Assembly: GCA_001929475.1 (NCBI GenBank)
Contig: LXFE01002012.1
Location: forward strand, 1-54,560
DNA: 54,560 nt
Direction: 5' to 3'
DNA from: Neolecta irregularis DAH-3
Taxonomy: Eukaryota
This document shows positions 47,934 to 54,560 of the stretch, one piece after another; the first letter of the stretch is position 1; each line of letters starts with the position of its first letter. The notes under the pieces were generated by a model. It had not been told where the DNA came from and did no database searches. It worked only from the letters and a program-made list of their open reading frames with translations. The position numbers were made by a program, and so were the translations under genes.

Positions 47934-49874
47934 ATGCCTTCTGATTTTGATCATCCCTCTGTTGTCCCACCAAATGTCGCATCGACGTCCCAAACTCTCA
48001 AGAGGAACACTAAACTAAAAACTCGCGCCGCTCTCAGGAGAACTCAGTCTGAAGAACCCCAGGAAATGAAAAATTCTATTCGACTCCGAACAAGACGGAA
48101 AACTGAAGTATTGGAGGACCAGAATACCTCAAACGAGTCATTGGTGTCGGACGCCGAAATTCTAGACAATATAGGGGAAAACGCTGTCGGTTCAATCTCA
48201 CCCGCAGTTTCGAGGTCCGAAACACCTATCAGTCATGTCCGCGATGATTTATACATTGACAAGGCTACGGTACCTCCTCTGGTTGTTTGTGCTGGCAAGA
48301 AACGAACACGAGACGAGACAAACAGGTCTACCGAAGGAACAACACCCCCTCCTGCTAGAGCCAAGCGCCAGAGAAAGATCAAAGTCAAGTATGACCTCTC
48401 TATGTTTCTATCAATACTACATTTTGACGCGATAGTCCACCCAAGGATCGAGGCAACCGACCAAATGGGTTTGCGGCGGTTGTTGCAGATCACATAAACG
48501 CCACCTCTGGGCCCCGATTTTTCCTCTGTTCAGGCAACGATGATATCAAAGTACGACCTATTTTTTAAAAAAGATTACCACTGACCATGCAGGATAACGA
48601 TGACTTTTGCGCTGCATGTCGAGGTCCCGGCAGGTTTATCTGCTGTGACTCTTGTCCACGGTCGTACCACGTATCCTGTATCGAACCCCCCATCGAAGAA
48701 ACAGACCTTGCTGAAAACGCATGGTTTTGCAGAGAATGTTGGGTCATGCGTCATCCGCCTGATAAACCCCCTAGGAGTATCTTTTCAGAACTCTTATTTA
48801 AAATGAACAAGAGGAATCCGGCACTTTTCGTATTACCTGATTCAATACGGAATTTCTTCCAAGGCGGTATGTTTTAAATCTGTCCACAGCTTTCTAACAT
48901 CTCCTTAGTCTCTACTGGTTCTCATGGCGAGTACGTTGATACGAGTGATTTGAAGATACTCAAGGCCAAGTTCTATCCCCATTTTTGGAAATGACGCTAA
49001 TAAACCCCAGTCGTCATGGTTTCCTTGAAGAGCCAGATCTCCTACGACTGAAAGATAAACAAGGCGACTCTATATTATGTTATAAATGTCAAATGAGCGC
49101 TGTGCACGGAGGCCGGATTATTTCCTGCGATTATTGCAGTCTGCACTGGCATCTCGATTGTCTTGATCCGCCAATGACATCGATACCTTCGCAAACTCGA
49201 AGATGGATGTGTCCTAATCACTCGGAACATTTAATCAAACGGCGACGTAAACCGAAAATAACTAGAGTCGTGGATGTGTCGTTAAATAGAGGGTTCAAGA
49301 ATAACGGGGACATTGAAATTGATAACGAAGAAGAGGATGAAGATCCTTGGGAAGACGAATTCAATGTCGACGGAGTGAGGTATAGGTTACCTGAACGAGG
49401 CATCAAGTTGGATTTCATCGAAAGAGTTCAACGGTACCTCTTTAAAATATATCTGCCCATTAATTAGAAAAAGTAGCCGAACGTCAAGCGAGCAGACGGA
49501 TACGATGAGAAGCATGCTTTCAAATCTAATCGAGTCGCGTCAAGGTTCAGTTGCGTATACTGCGAGTTCAATCGAGGAGGAACTAGAACACCGGTCTGAC
49601 CTTGAGCGACAAGTCTTGCATAACCTTGCATTGATGTCTTTTCAACCACCCGAAGAGACTCGGTCTTCCTTAAAGGTATTACTACAAGTGGCTTTGGTAA
49701 TATTCCCTCCCAGTGCACTATTAATTATCACAGAGCGAGCTTTCGGTTGACAAACCATCAGACAAATCGAGTGATATTTCATTTTCAAGCCAAGAGCGTG
49801 CCCATCTGTTGGCAGTAAAAAACTTGATACAGTTAAAAGGCGAAGACGCCTTGTTGCAATTTCTTTCATCATAG
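47934..49874 (+). CDS. Double PHD-finger protein, Rco1/Cph2-like (Rpd3S/Clr6 subunit), ~6 introns
   Basis: NDDFCAACRGPGRFICCDSCPRSYHVSC, NPALFVLP..IRNFFQGV, and a second PHD CYKC...CDYCSLHWHLDCLDPP...WMCPNH. Confidence 0.88.
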
Positions 49875-50034
49875 GTTTTCTATTTGTGTATAGCATTTTC
49901 GCGGCCCGGGGTTCGTGGTTCGTGCCCATTTTTATTGTGATAATAAAAACAAGTAATTTTCCGAATTACAAAAGAACCCGTTTTATAAACATATTAATCC
50001 ATACAATAGACTACTATTTTGACAATACCAGTGA

Positions 50035-53000
50035 TCATTCACTGACATCAGATATCTCTTCGTCCTCATTTTCTTCACTGTCAGAGCCTCCCTGAATGTA
50101 ACTGACATTAGGAGCAACACGCGCACTCCGCCGTCTTTCACTCAGAGGTAGGACAACTTCCTTGATCTTTTGCTTTCGAGGAGTTTTGCATTTTCGAGGA
50201 GTAGTACGCGTCTTTTTAATAGGATTTCCAGACCCTTCATCTGATATTTTTCTCTAGACAATGAGTTTTATATTGATCATCAAGATACTTTTTTATTCGT
50301 TCTGGATTCTAAACGCATAGTCCCGGGTAGACTCGAGAGTATATCTGGAGGCAAAAAAGACTTGCGAGCAATCTCAGCGGCAGTTGTTGAATCAGCAAGA
50401 GTTTTAAAGATATCCTTGTCAAGTTTGACTTTCTGTGGATACGTCTGCATGATCCAGCCCATTTGATCAGCCTTGCTCTTTATCAAAACTTGCGCCATAT
50501 CAGAAAGCGCGTAAATATTCTCGATCGTCAGTAATGATATGGTATCAGAGAGATACTTTGCTGTTGTCCGGCTCAATTGCATCGCAAACTTGTTTTGTGC
50601 GCTGGGCTAGATGGAAGAGCAAGGATACATTTTCAACATTGGCAACAGTTTCAAGGTAAAACGTAAAATATCTATGCCATTGGAACAACTAGACGATCGC
50701 CAGACATACCTTGAGAATTCTAGTAAATCTTGAGCGCTGTCACTGAAATCCGGATGATGAGCAAGAAGATGAACAAGGCGAGGTAAACCGAGTTCAAGAT
50801 GATGAAGTTTACGAGAACCTGGTATTAATAAAATTTAACTAAAAGCATACGGAGTTGAGCAGCTTTAGATTTTAACGATAATTTGACTTCATCGCGTAGC
50901 TCTGTCTGGGGCTCATGGGCCATTAGAAATAACAGCGTGTAATATCGAGGAGGTATTCTGTCTAGCGCAAGCGCTTTGATCAGTTTGCTGACGATTCCTT
51001 GACGCACTTGGTAGCAAGAATCCTAAAATTAACGAAGATGCAGATAATAAAACCTGAATGAGATATGCGACTTTATTAAAGTCTTGAGGGTAAATCATAT
51101 CTTCGTACTCTGCAATGCATGCAAGCTTCAAGAGACACCCTCCAGCAACTAGCCTTAAACGCGACTGACAAAAAGATCTTCAAGGTAAGTCTTGGCGTAA
51201 AAAATGCAATTTACGGGGTATCTTTATCCTTGCTAATTTCACCATTATTAGCAATAATCGACCCAAGAACTCGAAAAACAGGCAGGCCAAGTTCTTTTGC
51301 AGGAAAATCTTGATGACGTGCTCTCAAACGATTGACCAAAAATTGTACAGCAAGAATCTCTTATTAACAAAATATCACGCGGAATACATACTTTTGCTTG
51401 TGTTTCCTTGTTCAAATTTTCATCGTCTACCCATTCGGCATCGTCGCTAGTCCCACTAATTTTATTGTGAAGCAGAATCTCGCGAATGATGTATTCCGTA
51501 ATCGTATCAACATGCTGTTGCATGACTTTAGGCATGCAAAAAACAAGTTGACGTAGGACAGACATTTGCGATACGAAATACTTGTTTTCAAAAGTCAAAT
51601 CAGCCATGATATCCTATTCCTCAGTCATGGATATACATTATTTCTTACGGAGAGCAAATCGCGGGATAATTGAGTTTTTTCGTCTGTTTGTGTCAAAATG
51701 GTGATGGCATGCTTTGCTTGAGGGGCGGTTCCAGTTCTTGCAAAAATGAGCAGCGCATCAACGAGTGACTGGTCCCTGGGCAAATCTTGAGGAAATGCCC
51801 TGGCAAATCGAGCAAGCGATTGAATCGTCTCAGTTAGTGCAGAGCTAGTTGTTGAATCCTCAGATTTGGCTTCAGAGCAAAGTAGATCTGTGATATCTGT
51901 GATTGACTGTTTATAAATGGCAGGCTGACATTCAGATATTTCCTATAATTAGGGACGGTATTTACTGCATGATACCTTGAGAAAGGCATGTGCAGGTTGA
52001 TCTAGACCCGATTTTGCGTCGCGTGTAAACGCAACCAAGATGGGAATGAAGCTCTTGTTGTATGTTGTTAATGCTATCCTATTAACGATGGGAGCCCAAG
52101 TTTCTGCCATAGAGGAGGAAGCCTGCTCGATCCTTTTAAGAGCCTCTTTTTGCGCTTTTCGTACAGACTGGTAGTCGGACTGTGCGTTCATTGTTTCACG
52201 CAGCAGTTTATAGCACCGTCGATCGTGAGCGTGTGCAAATTTAAGGAGATCCTTTTCAGTTTTGACTGGATCTGGCATGGTGTTTGCCAGAAAGTGGGCG
52301 ACTTTGTTTAGATGAGTTTGAGTTTCAGCAACTTGTGAGACGCCGCCCTATTGTAAGATTATGTATAATAAATCGTACGTTGTATTTTTCGCAAAGATGG
52401 AGATATTTCAAAATGGGGGCTGACCATCTAACCGTGAGCAGGGATGGCAGGAAAAGTACTGATTCTGCTTGCGCAATACCGAGATGAAGGCTTTTGTACT
52501 CTTACTGCCGAAATGCTTCATGAGAACGAGTATCCTTTCGACTCGAGCTTTTTCGTCTAGACGGGAGGGAAGGAACCGTTCATGAAGGACATATTCGATG
52601 AATGCGTTAATTTCCGGATCGTTTACGTATATTGCATTAAAGATTGCTGAGGGAAGCCAGGCTAATTTTTCTACAGCCGCGTTTAACTCGTGCAGACTAG
52701 AAGGTATTAGATGAAAATGAAAAGTGTACATGTCCGTATAAGCCTTGTCCCATAATTTTGCAACGGAGACCATTGCGTTTTCACGTACGGGAGCAGACTT
52801 GTCCTTGCAGCGTTCTGCCAAGATTTGGAGCAGTTGGTGTGGAATTCGTTCCATTACGATTTCATAATCAAACGATCCGAGGATGTTACAGGCCGTTGCG
52901 CGTACCTTGATATCTGAATCTGCGAGTAGGGATGCTATGCCGTTTGTGAGATCTTGGACGACCTCTGGTCTGTGGACTAGGATGTCTTTTGCGCGTTCGA

Positions 53001-54092
53001 TCCATTTGATGCGGACCTGGGGGATTTTATCTTTTTTCCTGCCTTGCCAAGCGGACCAGGTTTGGGGGTACAAGTGAACCAAGTTTGTTGCTGGGTCTGC
53101 AATCATTGCACCAAGGGTATCTGTTGCAAGGGTTCGAAGATGGGGGTTTACGACGACGAGTTCATTTTCGAGCAGTGGAATGACATTCATCAAGACCGGG
53201 GGAGCTGCTTTCCATAGTTGTATTATCAGGGAATGGGCGGTATCTAGTTGCTGCAAGTCATCTTGTTCTGGGGAAGCTGATTCGTACAAGACGTCTGTAA
53301 AGTATTGGCAAATGTTTCGTTGGAGACGTTCTGCGGCACGGGAGCAAATGTGTTTAGCCATTGTGTATGCGGGGTGGAAGGAAGGATTTAGGGGGGAAGT
53401 ATTTCGCATAAACTGGCTTAGGATGACGTCTGTGATTTGTGGGGAGATTGCTTGGGCCTCGTCTACGAGCTGCTGGAGGATCTCTGTCATTAAGTGTTGT
53501 ACGTTTTTTGGGGTATGTGGGCTATGGGTTAGTTGTGTGGGGGAGGAGGAATGACTTTGCGATATCGAAAAAGAGGCGGAATGTTTCGAGGATCAAAGGG
53601 TCTGCGTTTGAGAGGTCTGTCATGAGGATGATTGTCTTTACTGTGGCGAGACTGTCGAGGAGGTAGAGGTACTGGGGGTAGTAGGGGGATTCGTGGGACT
53701 CGAGGCCCTTTAGCTGTTTGAGGAAGCAGTCGAAGATGAGCTATGGGTGAGAAAGAAGGAAAGGGGAGCGAGGTACGGCTAGCTGGTTTTCCGTAAAGGG
53801 GGCGTCTGGGGCATAGAGACGGAGGATGTCTGCGAGGCAGCAGGCGGTGTATGCTCTGACGCCTCTGTCTTTGTGGTGGAGCAGGGCATTGGCGGGGAGG
53901 TCTGCAGTGACTGCGGCGAGAGAATTGCGGGCGACGGAGTCCTGGGGCAATTGGACGAGTTCGAGGTGGAGGGCCTGGGGTGAGAGGGAGCGGGAGGAGG
54001 GAGAGTGCCTTGAGGCGTTTGAGGAGGACGGCAAGGGGGATGGGCTTTGCGGGGAGGGAGGAGAGAGGGTCGGTAAAGGATAGGGAGTGCAT
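50035..54092 (-). CDS. PDS5: Cohesin-associated protein Pds5 (~14 introns)
   Basis: LLHHKDRGVRAYTACCLADILRLYAPDAPFT, CEKYNGGV, SRLRLVAG..LLKLA and LVHLLAHHPDF. Confidence 0.95.
53975..54008 (-). other. GC-AG intron (34 nt) in PDS5
   Basis: AAG|GCACTC...CTCAC CCCAG|GCC joins LLKRLK to ALHLEL. It has no GT and is not a multiple of 3. Confidence 0.85.
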
Positions 54093-54180
54093 GGGGATGA
54101 GGAGGGGAGGAGGGAGGAGGGGAGGGGAGGGCAGGAGGGGAGGGCAGGAGGCGTGGAGGGGGAGTGATAGGAGTAGGGCC

Positions 54181-54289
54181 AGTAACAGTAGCAGTAGCAA
54201 TAGTAGTAGCAGCAGTAGTAGCAGCAGTAGCAGCAGTAGTAGCAACAGCAACAGCAACAGCAGTAGCAATAGCAATAGCAACAGCAGCA
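54181..54289. repeat. Imperfect trinucleotide microsatellite (CAG/TAG/CAA) upstream of PDS5
   Basis: About 36 triplets: agtagcagtagcaatagtagtagcagc... Confidence 0.9.
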
Positions 54290-54560
54290 AGAGACAGCCA
54301 GACGCACAACCGAGTATATGCACACACCACAACCCTAACGGGGATTTGCCAGCTAGCGCAGCCCGGGCGCACTATAAGACGGGCGGCTGCCCTGGCCGCG
54401 CCCGCTCTCGCTTTGCCCGCTGCCCTCTGTCGGCGTGCTGCGTGGTTGGCGGTTCCTGCTGTGCCACTGTCCCGCACCCGTGCCTGCCACTGTTCTCTGC
54501 TTGTGCCCCCCCCGCCACTGCCTGCCCTCCCCCGCCGCTGCCTGCAAATGTACCCAGACC

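Noticed and set aside
54093-54477. Poly-Leu, poly-Cys/Tyr and Ala/Thr-rich ORFs
   Set aside because: These are translations of the triplet microsatellite. Pds5 homology begins at the Met at 54092.

Overview
Compact, intron-dense fungal nuclear DNA. Gene content and ~31-47 nt introns fit an early-diverging ascomycete (Taphrinomycotina, Neolecta-like); the organism is inferred, not verified. I reconstructed about 30 spliced genes by hand. Housekeeping genes: Sgf73, Aurora kinase, Atp23, Pro1, pinin, NiCoT, Pex26, Ctk3, mitochondrial L12 and L14, Pro3, Naa50-like GNAT, Kre9, SRP receptor beta, Rpb9, PKA, Asn-tRNA ligase, Set9, Cdb4, an Rco1-like PHD protein and Pds5. Other genes: a STE3/Map3 pheromone receptor, an intron-containing tRNA-Pro(UGG), a secreted 4xLysM protein, two tandem secreted 3-repeat Cys proteins, three cyclin-fold genes and an FHA tail-anchored gene. 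The strongest signal is an unusually relaxed splicing code: about 7 of ~100 introns need GC donors lacking the usual GCAAGT consensus, AAG acceptors are common, two acceptors must be GAG, and introns go down to 31 nt. Also notable: a 97-bp near-perfect inverted copy of an FHA-gene exon/intron junction upstream of that gene, an intronless divergent cyclin pair, a solo-LTR-like element, and GC-rich islands at gene 5' ends. Gene coordinates are start-to-stop spans including introns.
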